A stretch of DNA of 64,000 bases, taken from positions 49,104,001 to 49,168,000 of the forward strand of contig NC_088859.1 in the NCBI RefSeq assembly GCF_963853765.1, read 5' to 3'. The notes beneath the pieces are model-generated. The model made no database searches, had not been told where the DNA came from, and worked only from the letters and a program-made list of their open reading frames with translations. This document shows positions 1-12,123 of the stretch, piece by piece; the first letter of the stretch is position 1; each line of letters starts with the position of its first letter. Source of the DNA: Magallana gigas (taxonomy: Eukaryota). Position numbers and translations under genes: made by a program.

Positions 1-680
1 TATTTTGCTTGAAATGTACCAATTTTGCACATTTTTTAAACTTCTGCCCTAGGGATTTCTTTTTCTGTTCTACATATTAAAGTTATTGCTAAAAGGCATC
101 AAATCGTCAAATAAAAAAAACCCTTTTACCTCCTGGTTTGTTCCACGGGTCTTATCAAAGTTATTTTTTAGATGCCCAATTTCCCAGTTTGTCAGATAAT
201 GACTATTGTTTATTCGACAAAGACGGAAGTGGTGATCTTTATTGTATTATTAAAACATTCAGACATATTTAAGTAATAAATAAATATATAACATAACATA
301 TTAAGGGTCATTAATATAAAATACATGGTTAATGTCTTGAAATAAATGAATTAAGCAGTATTTAGGCGGGTTAAGAACACGTGACAGAGGGCTAGGCTTG
401 CTGAACCCTCTTCACGTTTTCGACCCGAGCCCAAATATAGCTTATACCTTGAGACATTAATGTTTATTCCACAATATGGTATCAATTTTACGCATCAAAC
501 GAGCTATTTTCAACAAATTTCGCTAAATAGCTGCAGTTGAAACTATCACGCCATGGCGTCAACAAAGCAAAAAGATGACGTCACAATACAAATGAAACGC
601 TGCGCGAAAGCGTGCGTACTCGTTCTGTACTCGGCCTCGTTAAGTTACCTCCATAGCAGATATCCCACTCCTCAATGTTG
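1..680 (+). repeat. Repeat segment A, copy 1 (runs off window start); inverted copy at about 1540-2230
   Basis: 556-643 (GGCGTCAACAAAGC...GTACTCGGCCTCGTTAAG) is the near reverse complement of 1561-1650. Similarity continues back to position 1 (TTTTGCTTGAAATG vs CATTTCAAGCAAAA at about 2217-2230). Confidence 0.85.
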
Positions 681-769
681 TTGTATCAAGATTTTCTTGA
701 GAAGTATATCATTGAAATCTGTAGACAAAACAAACTTAAAAAATACAAAGATAATGGGGGATCAGTATC

Positions 770-1415
770 TTAATTTGACCTTTTTGCACCTAAAATGCAA
801 TTTCATCCTGATTAGGATTTGTTGTCAGTATTTTTGATTAAGCAAACTTATTTCTTCAAATATTGTTTTTAATTATGCACAATGGTCACACTGAGTAGAG
901 GGATTTCGAAAAAAATTTGTACAAAGCTGCATAAATTTTTGTGTGACCTTTTTGCACTTAAAATAGACAATTTCTATAATAGTTACAATTTGATTTGAAA
1001 TAAAAACTTTTTGAATATCAAGAATTTTATAAGATTAATCCAGTTTGCCTAAATATGTATTCAGTATCATTTTGACATAATTTAACATGGGGGTCAGTGA
1101 TGTCAAATTTTAGATATAGGCCTTCAAAGGTAAAATTCTCGCAAAATTTGGCTTTAAAAAATTCAGACATGTTCTATATATATGCATGCCTTTATGCTAA
1201 ACGGCTATCACATTCTCAAGATTTGATTTTGTACATGTCACACAGAACCTATAAAATATGTTACAAACCTATCAAATGTTAAAAATGCGAATAACGAATA
1301 AAGTATAATAAAAAGAAAAGTATATTGAAAATTCATAAAATTGCTTGTCTCTGTCATTTTCGTCTAAAAAAACCTTCCGCACGAAAAAATAGTTCCCCAA
1401 AAGACTTGTTTGTTT
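770..1415 (+). repeat. Repeat segment B, copy 1; inverted copy at about 2400-3090
   Basis: TTAATTTGACCTTTTTGCACCTAAAATGC at about 770 matches the reverse complement of about 3060-3090. CTTCCGCACGAAAAAA at about 1373-1388 matches the reverse complement of about 2427-2442. Confidence 0.85.
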
Positions 1416-1565
1416 TTTGAATTCAAATGGATTTTCTTTATGAATGTTGTGTAATTATGAAATGATAATCTATCTTTGATGATTAAATAAATAAAATCAT
1501 ATTCATTTTAAATATAATGATCATCTGCGCAATGAAATCAAAACATGAGGAGTGAGATACCTTAA

Positions 1566-2397
1566 CGAGGCCGAGTACAGAACGAGTACGCACGCTTTCG
1601 CACAGCGTTTTATTTGTATTGTGACGTCATCTTTTTGCTTTGTTGACGTCATGGCGTGATAGTTTCAACTGCAGATATTCCGCGAAATTTGTTTAAAATA
1701 GCTCGTTTGATGCGTAAAATTGATATCATATTGTGGAATAAACATAAATGGCTCGATGTATAAGCTATATCTGGGCTGGGGTTGAAAACGTGAAGAGGGT
1801 TCAGCAAGCCTAGCCCTCTGTCACGTTTTCTTAACCCGCCTGTAATTATAGCTAAATCTATAAATTTCAAAACAGTAACCATGTATTTTATATAAATGAC
1901 CCTTAATATGTGATGTTATATATATTTATTTATTACTTAAATATGTCTGAATGTTTTAATAATACAATAAAGATCACCACTTCCGTCTTTGTCAAATAAA
2001 AAAATAGCCAATATCTGACAAACTGGGAAATTGGGCATACAAAAAACAACTTTGATAAGACCCCTGGAACAAACCAGGAGGTAAAAGGTTTTTTTTTTAC
2101 CATTTGATGCCTTTTAGCAATACACGTAACTTTAATATGCATAACAAAAAAAAGGAAATTCCTAGGGTGACAGTTTAAAAAAAAAATTAATAAAATAAAA
2201 TTTAAAAAAATTGACTCATTTCAAGCAAAACCCCATTGGGTCCTATGTTAAAAATTAACAAACTTTGAGATGACCCCTTAAACAAACGGTGTGGTAAATG
2301 TCTGTTTTTTATTTTAAAATTATAATTATATCAGTAGAAATTTATGTAAAAAATTAAATTCAAAAATCTAGGGCAGAACAAATTAGACCCGATCTCG
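1566..2397. mobile_element. Putative TTAA-bounded non-autonomous DNA element with short imperfect TIRs
   Basis: TTAA at 1562-1565 and 2398-2401. Ends read CGAGGCCGAGT and (reverse complement) CGAGATCGGGT. A second copy ends at 639 followed by TTAA. Superfamily not assignable. Confidence 0.4.
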
Positions 2398-3574
2398 TTA
2401 AGAAACAAACAGGATTTTGGAGAAACTTTTTTCGTGCGGAAGTTTTTTTTAGATGAAAATGACTAAACCAGGCAATTTCAGATATTTTCAAAATACTTTT
2501 CTTTTTATTATACTTTATTCATTATTCACATTTTTAACATTTGATAGGTTTTTGACGTGTTCTATATATCCTGTGTGACTTACAAAAAATTAAATTTTGA
2601 GAGTGATAAATGTTTGGCATGAAATCATGCAAACATATTGAAAAAGTCTTAATTTTTTAAAACCCAAATTTTGCAAAATTATACATGTACCCCTGAATCC
2701 ATATATCTTAAATTTGATATCACTGACCCCATGTTTTATTTTGTCAAAAAATACTGAAAACATACGTAGACAAACTGGATTAATCTTATAAAATTCCTGA
2801 TATTCAAAATGTTTTTATTTCAAGTCAAATTGTAACTATTATAGAAATTGCCTATTTTAAGTGTAAAAGTGTCACAAAAATATTTATGCAGCTTTGTACA
2901 TTTTTTCGTAATCCCTTTATTCAGTGTGGCTATTGCGCGCTATTATGCCTAATGATTTCATTAAAACAATACTATATCTGCGCGCTATTAAAAAGCAATG
3001 TCTGGAGAATATTGTTTGCTTATCACAAATAATGACAACAAATCCTAATGAGACTGAAATGGCATTTTAGGTGCAAAAAGATCAAATTAAATTGGCCATA
3101 ACTCATAGGGATGAACACTGACCTCCCATTATCTTTGTATTTTTTATTTATTCACAGAGAAGAACAATCAAAGTTCCCATTAATAGGATTAAAATTATAT
3201 CCAATAATAGAATATATAAAATATTTCATATTAGAAGTCATTGGACAATGCTTTGCCCTGCGTATGATATCTTCGAATTGGTATTTTTTCACATTTGCTG
3301 ATTATATACTTATTGATGAAATAAAATGTCTTTCAACCGCTTTTCTGATACTAATTATTAAAATGTTTTTCGATCGCTTTACATTAGTATGCAAGTTAGA
3401 AATGCTGAGGTGGATTGAAAATACATTTCCTATAAGTTCAGTTTCAATCCAATGTTTTCTCAGACGTCCGTGTCAATTTGTTCCCGCCCATTTCAAATGA
3501 GTGAAACTGACGTAAGCTGTATATTTCCAAGCTTGCCAGTTAATGTTCCGCGGTCTTATATTTCTATATATATG

Positions 3575-3930
3575 TAAAACTTGACCCCCCCCCCCCATCG
3601 AGGACTTACCCTACCCCTTGGGACCATGATTTAAACAGACTTGAGTCTTCACTTCCTGGGATAGTTTTCACAGTTTCAAATTTCAGCTTTTCTGGCAGAC
3701 TAGTTTCTGAGAAGATTTATTTTTCAGAACTACCAATAAAGTTTCAGAAATTCTAAATTATCTCCCTTTTCAAGAAGGCGTAGCCCTTAATTTGAATAAA
3801 CTTGAATTCCCCTCATCCAATGATGCGTTTTGCGAAGTTTGGTTGAAACTGGCTCCGTGGTACTGGAGAAGATGAAAATATGAAAAGTTTACCACGACAA
3901 CGACAACCAACGGACAAAAGAGAAGCACAC
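3575..3930 (+). mobile_element. Partial Helentron-associated HINE / Cg170-type repeat
   Basis: Recognisable motifs CCATGATTTAAACAGACTTGA, CCCTTAATTTGAATAAACTTGAATTCCCCTCATCCAATGATGC and GGAGAAGATGAAAATATGAAAAGTTTAC followed by a GACAAC microsatellite. Family identity is recalled, not searched. Confidence 0.65.
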
Positions 3931-4515
3931 TTTAGAAATAATTTTGACCAAAGTCATGACAATACTCTTTTAATCGCCGATATACGTATATAAGCCAAAG
4001 ATTGCTTTATTACATTTTGAAGTTCAAATTCTAATATTGATGCCTAATGATTTCATTAAAACAATACTATATCTGGCTTCCATATAAAGTCAATAGCTGA
4101 TACAAATCTAATCTGTGGTTGTCAATAATAACTGATGGTATTCATTGAGTCATATTTTTATATAACATAACCATTACCACAAATCATGTATTCATGAGTT
4201 AAAACGTTCTTGTAGGAAGAATAAGGCAGACATACTAAATGAAAATATTTATTTGGATCGTTTCCAAAATAACATAACAATCACACGTTTGTGTAGTCAA
4301 AATACTTAACAAATAAACTGTGAACACAAATTTAGTGGTTTAAGTGAATAAAAACAAACATTTTCTAAAAAGAAATATACATTTAAAAGTATATTTTTAA
4401 TTTTTTACTTTTTGGAATTTTTAACTACTGTCTGTAGTTTACGAAAGTTAACAAATTCGATATGAACACATGCATCCTTTTGTTTTCTTCTTTTACCTTC
4501 TTTTACCTCCGAATA

Positions 4516-7500
4516 TTACTCCATGTCCATAACCCAAACATCCGATTTTAAAACGGACATAAATTCTGCCCGAAATTCCACATAATTATCATACGAGGTA
4601 GGTATCTCTAATACGCAACCGCATGTGTGTGCTATTACCCTTCTAGCAAAACCATCAAGGCTTGAAAACCGGACCCTTATTTCTTTCAACATCAAATCTG
4701 ATCCTGTGGAGAATCTCAAGAATTTTCCCAAAGCCTCTTTGTCCAGCTCTCGTATGAATCTTTGAAGATATCTCTTCATTTCTGCTCCTTTTTCTAGCAG
4801 GATTTCTGGGAAAGACAGTTTTTCTATGACTCGTCGATTGTTCGGTACTAGGTTTTTATAACATTCACAAAGCGCTGCTTCTGACATAAGACCATGCAAA
4901 TGAAGCTTGAATGAATCTATTACGAACATAGATTTTTGCACTATTTCCTTGTGGGAAATTTCCTTCACGATTGTTTCAATGTTGTCAGACGTAAGCAATC
5001 TCCTACAGTCATATGACTGCATTATTTCATTGAGCTCATCAAGATCCACTTTGTCAAACTCTGCCAAAGCTTGTTTCAGAACGGAAGCTTCAGATGGACT
5101 GACATAAGATAGAAACGTATCCTTCAAGTCTGTTTTTGCTTCTCCTACGATGCAGTATTCCATAAATGGACGAGCTATGTAGACGGGGAAATGTCCAAAT
5201 TCTTCAAATCCATATTTTATAATCTTCCCAACAGCTTCCCATTGCTGATGACCAAAGTCATGCCGTAAATAGGGAACCTTGCAGTCCTTACCAACTGTGC
5301 ACGTCGCGTAAAATTCTTCCCAGAATTCAGTCAAGCAGTCCCTTGTTACACCACCTTCATCCTGCGCTTGTTCAACCGAGCCATTTGGAAGGATCATCTG
5401 GATTTTAATTCTGCTGTTTGGTAACAATAATGTGTTGGAAAATGCCTCTAGCAGCTCTTTTAAGGCATGTCCCCTATGGACTCTTATAAGGACCTCATCC
5501 GACACAATCTCTTGATTATTGAGGTTTAACTGAACAATACCACTGTCATTGGGGTCAATACTGTAGATAACCTCTTCTTGCGTTCCGTCAGGCATTGTAA
5601 CTTGCATTGACCTGACAGTTCCAAAATAATCATGCAGATCAGGAAGTGTGTCACTGTCTGATTCATGAAAGGTCACATACTCTGAAGTGTGGAATCCAGA
5701 TGTACCAGGTATATCTTCCTGTGATAGTAGATGAGGGTTTGCAGATGTGCAAAGACCTGAAGGTCCTGGAATTTTAGACTTGTTGAAAGTCATGTTAGAT
5801 GCCTTGATGGATTGTTCACCTGAAGGGCCAGGTATATCAGGATCTGATACAAAATTCACATTCAAACTGCTGCTTGGACGCGAAGAGCAAGCTTTCTCAG
5901 ATTTGACGGCCATTGCTGCTTCTCTCTGAATACTGCTGTCATCTTCTGAATCCGAGTCTTGTGGGAGAGTAATTGGTTTCAAGTGTTTCTGACTTTTCCT
6001 TTTTTCATTTCTCTTTAGTTTTTTGGACTGATTCTCATTTTTTGGTTTTGTAAACAAATAATACCTGAGATTTTTCCTGTTAGTTTTTTTAAACAATTCT
6101 CCGATAGTTACATTGTCATCTAAAGGTTGAGATCTGAAGTCCGCCATGTCAAATTCTAGCTCTTCTTCTCGACCCTTTGATGATAATCCTTCCTGGAAAA
6201 ACATAGACTTTGCTCTCTCTAATAGATCTGCTTTTGTGAAACTTTTTGGCACAAAAATGTCATCCGTCCCTCCCCCTTTGTCGGATCTGACTTGAATATA
6301 GTCAGAGTTTTCAAAATGTTTCCACCCCATTTTTATCGTTCTTCCATTTTTCACGGCATTGCTGTTCCCTTTTAATGTTTTACGTCTTTTATCCTTAACA
6401 GTTTCGTCCTCACTCTCTGTGCTTTGTGATTCATCTTTTGAAGATCGCGCGTGCAGTTTTTTCTTTAACTTCTGTAGCAGAGATGTTTTTTTTAAATTTC
6501 CCGCCTTGGGAGTTGTTGATGTGGCTTTTGTACAAAACCGGCGAACTGCACATCTGTCTCCAAATTTGACGATGTATTTCGATAGATCTTCGTTGCTCAT
6601 TTCTGCTATTACATCTTTATCAATCTATAATAAGAAATATATTATTTAAGAATGATCTACAGAATGATTAAAATCATAGAAAGAGTACATTTGAGTGTTA
6701 AAATTCGTCTATAGTATGATATTTGTAACGACAATGCAGACGTGTTGTTATTTTGACACTTTGAAAATCATTGAAAACTCATTATTTTGAATTCATTTAT
6801 TTATTCATTATAAATTAAATTTATTTTTGTTACTATTCATTAGGTGCATTAATTTACTAAAATGATTTAACAGTGATGTATATCTACAACAAATAAATTT
6901 TTCTACTAGTTTTCTCAAAAAATCTAATTGTGTTCACATAACTTCTGAAAAAATACTAAGTTAAGCAAAAGAATACAATCATCAATTACTGAATACTGCC
7001 CTCAAGTGTGATAATAACATGTAGAAATGTTTATTTATTAAGAAACAGCGTTTAAATTATCATAATCCATACAATTAAAATGTGTTCATTGTTAAATGGT
7101 ATCTTATTTTATACTTCTATTATAGTTAAATGATTTAGTACTTTAATAAAGAAATCAGATTAGACAGAGAGAATAAATTTGTTTCCCTAGTTTTCACAAT
7201 TCACAAGGTCACAATAAACATTTGATCAATATAATGTTTTGTTATATTCAGTAGTATACTCTCACTATATAACTCTATGTAGACGATTAGTCAATAATTG
7301 TAATATTAGCTCGTCCGAAAAATATTGACCGGTCAATATTTTTTTTAATTACATACTTAGTAATAAATACAGTTTTTTTGCACATGTGATACAGATGACA
7401 TCACAAAATCCGTATCGGCCTCCGGGGCTGATACAGGTTATCAGCCCTCCAGGGCTGATACGGATCCGTATCGCACCCCTTGCGGAACTCCTCTGCCTTT

Positions 7501-9137
7501 TTTCGCTTCGGCATTTTTTCATGTTTACAGACGAAAAATAAAACATTTTCAGTTACAGTCGACATTTTTAAGAGCAGTTGAAAACTTCAAATGCTAGCAA
7601 ATGTTTTAAAGCAGTCAACTTTTAAAACCTGGTGAAATTCCGTTCTGTAGCTTCATGTTTGTTAAAACAAGAACTCATATTTTTATTAAATACATGTACA
7701 TGTCCAGACTTTTTCAAATGATATGAATAATCAATTTGTTCAAGTTGATGGGTTTTCTTTTTAAATTTATTACTAAGTATGTAATATAATAATAGATAGC
7801 CTTTTCCATATCACAGCTTGTATCAGCCCTCGACCAATATCAACCCTTGGGCCTTCGGCCCTCGGGCTGATATTGGAGTCTCGGGCTGATACAAGCTGTG
7901 ATATGGAAACGGGTATGTATTATTCTCTATATATTGACCGGCTCGGAATAATATCTTGAGAATATTCCCTTTATTTCAATTAATTGCTTCTGATTTGTTG
8001 ATTCGTAAACGATGACGTAAATAATTCTATGCAACACCAAAACAAGGTGACGTCATAATAGACAGTCAGTCAAGGCAAGTAAACAACGGACGCACAATGC
8101 GACGGTTTGGTATCATAACGGATATAAGGATTCGTGAATTATTACTGTGAAGTAAAATCAGGTAGAACATCAGTATGTTAATTCTTACGGGCGGCGGAAT
8201 ATCACCATTGACCGTTTGATGCCGAGGATATTTTGGTAATAAACTTTGAACAAATTGAATTCGTGAATTCATTGTTGAGCTGAGAAAATTATAGTGATCT
8301 GTTTTCAATTACTTTTTTGAATTTTGGAGTGTTTCCTCATATATTACACAACAAATGTTGACTGTGTTTTCGGGCAACATTGATTATATTAGCCCCCTTG
8401 GGACGAAAATATTTCCCTCCGCTTCGCGTCGGGCAATATTTCGTCCATCGGGGGCTAATATAATCAATGTTACCCTCAACCCAGTCAATATTTGTATAAT
8501 ATACAGTCAATATATCATCATATAATATACAATATCAAGATATTCTTGTGAAGAATATAAAATGTTTAAACAGAAAACCTTAAAACGTGTCTTGCCATTC
8601 TCATCTCTTATCAAATTTAATTTTCAAAATACTCAGTGCTAGGCTTATCGATATTACATTCGGATTTTCAAAGGGATGATATTAAGATGAAGATTAAATA
8701 ATGAATAGAATCATTTGTGTGCATAATAAATGTGGGGTGCGACAATCTTTAATTTAATAGTATGAGGATTACAGTTGTCAAAAACATCCTGGAAGTCAAC
8801 AAAACCATCAGAACCAACTGAATTTTAATTATAAGATATTTCAATCTGACAAATATTGTTTTGTGAAGATTAATTTGATATCATGTTTTTCATATTTAAA
8901 ATTTCAGGACTTTCTTTCATATTTATATATGGAGCTCTTCTAAATGCAACGTATATGCACCCCCCCCCCCCCCCCCAACCCTCTTAGTCTTTTATGCACA
9001 AATTGGAATCAGAGTAATTAACAAAGCAATATAAAAAAGTAGGATAAGAAACATCCAACCTTTTGATCCTTCATAGCTTCAATTTTTTCAGCCGGGATAC
9101 CTCGTTCTTCTAGGAAGTTTTCTAGTGATTCGTCCAT
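4516..9137 (-). CDS. HECT-domain E3 ubiquitin ligase-like protein (G2E3-like HECT) with N-terminal SAM-like and central ubiquitin-like regions, 728 aa, two coding exons
   Basis: Exons 9137-9060 (MDESLENFLEERGIPAEKIEAMKDQK, donor AAG|gttgga) and 6624-4516 (acceptor ttattatag|, IDKDVIAE-MSNEDL...). HECT motifs: DEGGVTRDCLTEFWEEF, FLRFSTGSD and the catalytic-type AHTCGCVLEIP. Candidate 5'UTR exon donor AAG|gtaagt at 10896/10895. Confidence 0.85.
7803..7909. mobile_element. Palindromic (hairpin) non-autonomous element, Crypton-like
   Basis: Perfect 27-bp arms 7803-7829 and 7883-7909 around a GGGCC-TTC-GGCCC loop. Related GGGCTGATAC repeats at about 7425-7462. The Crypton assignment is inference. 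Confidence 0.6.
8345..8500. mobile_element. Second palindromic hairpin element, Crypton-like
   Basis: Perfect 22-bp arms AACATTGATTATATTAGCCCCC (8376-8397) and its reverse complement (8450-8471), with a central GCTTCGC loop. Confidence 0.6.
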
Positions 9138-10959
9138 CTGTGGAAAAAATTGTCATCAATTTAAACAAGATGATTCCATTATTTTGCAATATTTTACTAA
9201 ATTGAGTTTTCTGAGACAATTTTCTTTAAGTACCGTCACTCTACCTTATCTACACATTTAAGCATACGCTAATGAAATGCTAAACTTAACAGCAAAACTT
9301 TATATCAATTGATAGTGTTTAAACTTTACTATACTAATTAAAAGTATTTTCCCCTATATTTTCAAAACAAAATTAGGATAAGATAAGATATATTCATTAA
9401 ATACAATTTATGGTAAAGCAAAATTACAAAAACATTTTCATTTATCTCCTACAATATATTTTTTTTAATCCATTTCTAAGAAAGACAACTTTACCAAGTC
9501 TAAGTATTTTCTTGACGCTTGTATCAAAAAAAGAGCTGGCTAAAAAGGCACCGCTATATTATGTTTTTAAAAATTGTTATAAACTTAAATTTGTAGGGCG
9601 ATGATATACAATAAAAACTAGTAGTTTGAAAATGTAAATGTAAGAATGAAGTTTTTTCCACCTATGAAATATTTTTACTTTTAATTTCTTTAAAACCAGC
9701 CATGTTGCTATGATGTCGCGATTATCGATAGATCATATTGTTTCATAAATTTGACGTCTGCTTATTTATTGTTAACAGCTGCAATTTGCAAAACAAACAG
9801 AAATCATTCACTTAGTTATGTATACATCTTATTATATTTTTCTGATGTAATCTAAGTTAATTAATACAGTATTTATTTTCAGTTTCATCATTCAAATATC
9901 ATGTTTGTACTCAAGTAATGGGAACTTCTGTCGTTTTCTTTCATGCACACGATACCCTAAATTTTTATTTTCGATATAAACCCATCGCCCTACAAAAGTT
10001 TTAGACAAAGAGTACATGTACCTGCTTTTGTTAATAAATGATGATATATATATATATACAATGTATATATGGGTTATATTATTTGATCCGTCGATTAGCT
10101 GATTGTGTAACATTTTGAGTGAGATACGATCCCCCAAACATGTCTTAACTTGACATTTGGTTTATACTTAAAAAATCATCAAGTCTACAATTAGTGAAAT
10201 CTAATCATATTGTAATAGTATTTTGCTTAACTTTTAGAATAGACAAATTTTGTCTTACTTCAGTAATTCAAGATAAGTATTCAATTTATAACAATTTGAG
10301 TTGACTATGAGTAGATTAAAATAACAATTTGAATTGTTTTTGGAAAACAAGTGACCTCACATGGTGCGGCTAAAAAATGCCTTGTGTATTTTATTAACTG
10401 GAAACCATCCATTAACTAAGTTCACACAGAACGCAAGGAAAACATAATTTTTACTGTATTTATCTCTGAATCCTTGAAAGTTTAAATGATAATAGATTTT
10501 AAGACCATATATGAAATATATAAACATTCCTTTTTTTTTGGAAGTTAAAGCTACTGATTTTTTTTCAGTGCAGTTTTCTAGCAATGATCCCATTTTTTTC
10601 TTATTTCTTAACTTCTTAAAATTATAAGCACGGAAAAGTACAAATGCTTGACAGATAACTTTAGTTACTTTGCAGTTATTTGGCAATTAAAATGTTTGTT
10701 TAAACTGCAGTCATGCATCCTTCAGAAAAAAGACAGGTTTCCGATATTTTGGGACACCCTGTATTAAAAAACAAATACATTTTTTTCATCCATTGAGAGT
10801 TTTAATGACGTTTCTTGTAAATTCAAGAATAAACCACGTATGAATATTGATCAATATATAACTAAAATTAATGTTAAACTACACTCGTGACTTACCTTTT
10901 TATGTAATGGCTTCCTCGATGACAGCCTCGCTTATAATATGGCTATCGCATAAATAAAT

Positions 10960-11446
10960 AAATTCGTTATATCGGTTTGCAAATTGAAATAACAATTTTA
11001 TAATTCGTTATATCAAATTTATTTATTTGTTATCACAGATTACACTTCGTGATAACGGATTAATAACATTGACATTTTGACACTGTTTAATTTGTTCCCA
11101 CAATTTATGGAATTTGTTATCACGAATTGGATGAAAATACGTTATAACAGATTTTAAAAAACCGAAAATACGAATTCAATCTTTGAAATAACGAATTCAA
11201 GAATTCGTTATTTCAAATTTAATTTGTTAAAACAGATTTCAAAATTTGAAATAACGAATTCAGCGAATTTGTTATAACAGATTAAATTCGTTATAACGAA
11301 TTCCAGGAATTCGTTATAACGAATTTAAATCGTTATAACGGATTCAACAATTCGTTATAACGATTTAAATTCGTTTTAACAAATTCAAGAATTCGTTATA
11401 TCAAATTCAAAAATATTTTTTAATAGGTCCTAAATGGGCTTCCGTA
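10960..11446. mobile_element. Orphan right terminus of an IS3EU-like (TAC..GTA) DNA transposon with a subterminal TTCGTTATAACGAA array
   Basis: The end read in reverse complement, TACGGAAGCCCATTTAGGACC, resembles the TIR TACGAAAGCCCATTGAGGTC of the complete element at 25884-28521. It is preceded by about 450 bp of degenerate tandem CGTTATAACG motifs. No left TIR found inside the window. Confidence 0.65.
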
Positions 11447-11924
11447 ATAGAGGTTATATTATCAATTATTAGAAAATACAACGCCAGGTGCATGTCGAAT
11501 AGAGCTCTGTTGAATTGCCTTAAACGTGACAATAACGGGCAATTGATTTGTTAGATATATTTATCAGAGATTATGACAAGTTGAAAAAAATTCTGTCACA
11601 TGAGGGAATGAAAACCATGTCATCTATGTCAAAAAGTATTCTAGCCCAACTCGCCTGTTCCATTCCGAAGCAATCGGTCATCTTCTTAGCTTTATTTACA
11701 TAGTTTAGTAATAATAAATGGATATCATATTTTCAGTCTCAAAATTAAATGATTAATTGGACCCATCAACTTAAAAGAAATTAGCCCGTCCGCATATGTA
11801 TCGGACAGTATGAACATTTTAAAACTAAAACTTTCAAATATGTGCATGATTGTACATTTAAACTGTGTAGATTAAGTTCCAGTTCAGATCAAAACTCTGA
11901 GGTTGGGGTCAATTCTCAACAGGA

Positions 11925-12123
11925 TCAATTTTCAACGTGTCGATGTCATCAGATTTTAGAAAAATCTTTCTCATACCGTTGAAAAATGACCCCGGGTATA
12001 AATTTCACGATTTTGGTCTCAATTTTCAACGTTGAAAAATAACCCCCCGGGTCAATATTCAACGTTGAAAAATGACCCCCGGGTCAATTTTCAACCCGGG
12101 TCAATATTCTTCGTTACAACGGC
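11925..12123. mobile_element. DNA transposon terminus fragment with TTCAACGTTGAAAAATGACCCCGGGTC subterminal repeats
   Basis: Several copies of TTTTCAACGTTGAAAAAT(G/A)ACCCC ending in TTCGTTACAACGGC. No partner end found. Confidence 0.45.

Noticed and set aside
3111-3500. 129-aa plus-strand ORF as the missing IS3EU transposase
   Set aside because: It starts in AT-rich low-complexity sequence and has no recognisable DDE or HTH motifs.
8770-10762. Mariner-like element bounded by GGGACACCCTG|TA at about 10752-10763
   Set aside because: Only one convincing TIR. The candidate left end (TACAGTTGTCAAAAA) is too degenerate, and the span would include the HECT gene's coding exon 1.
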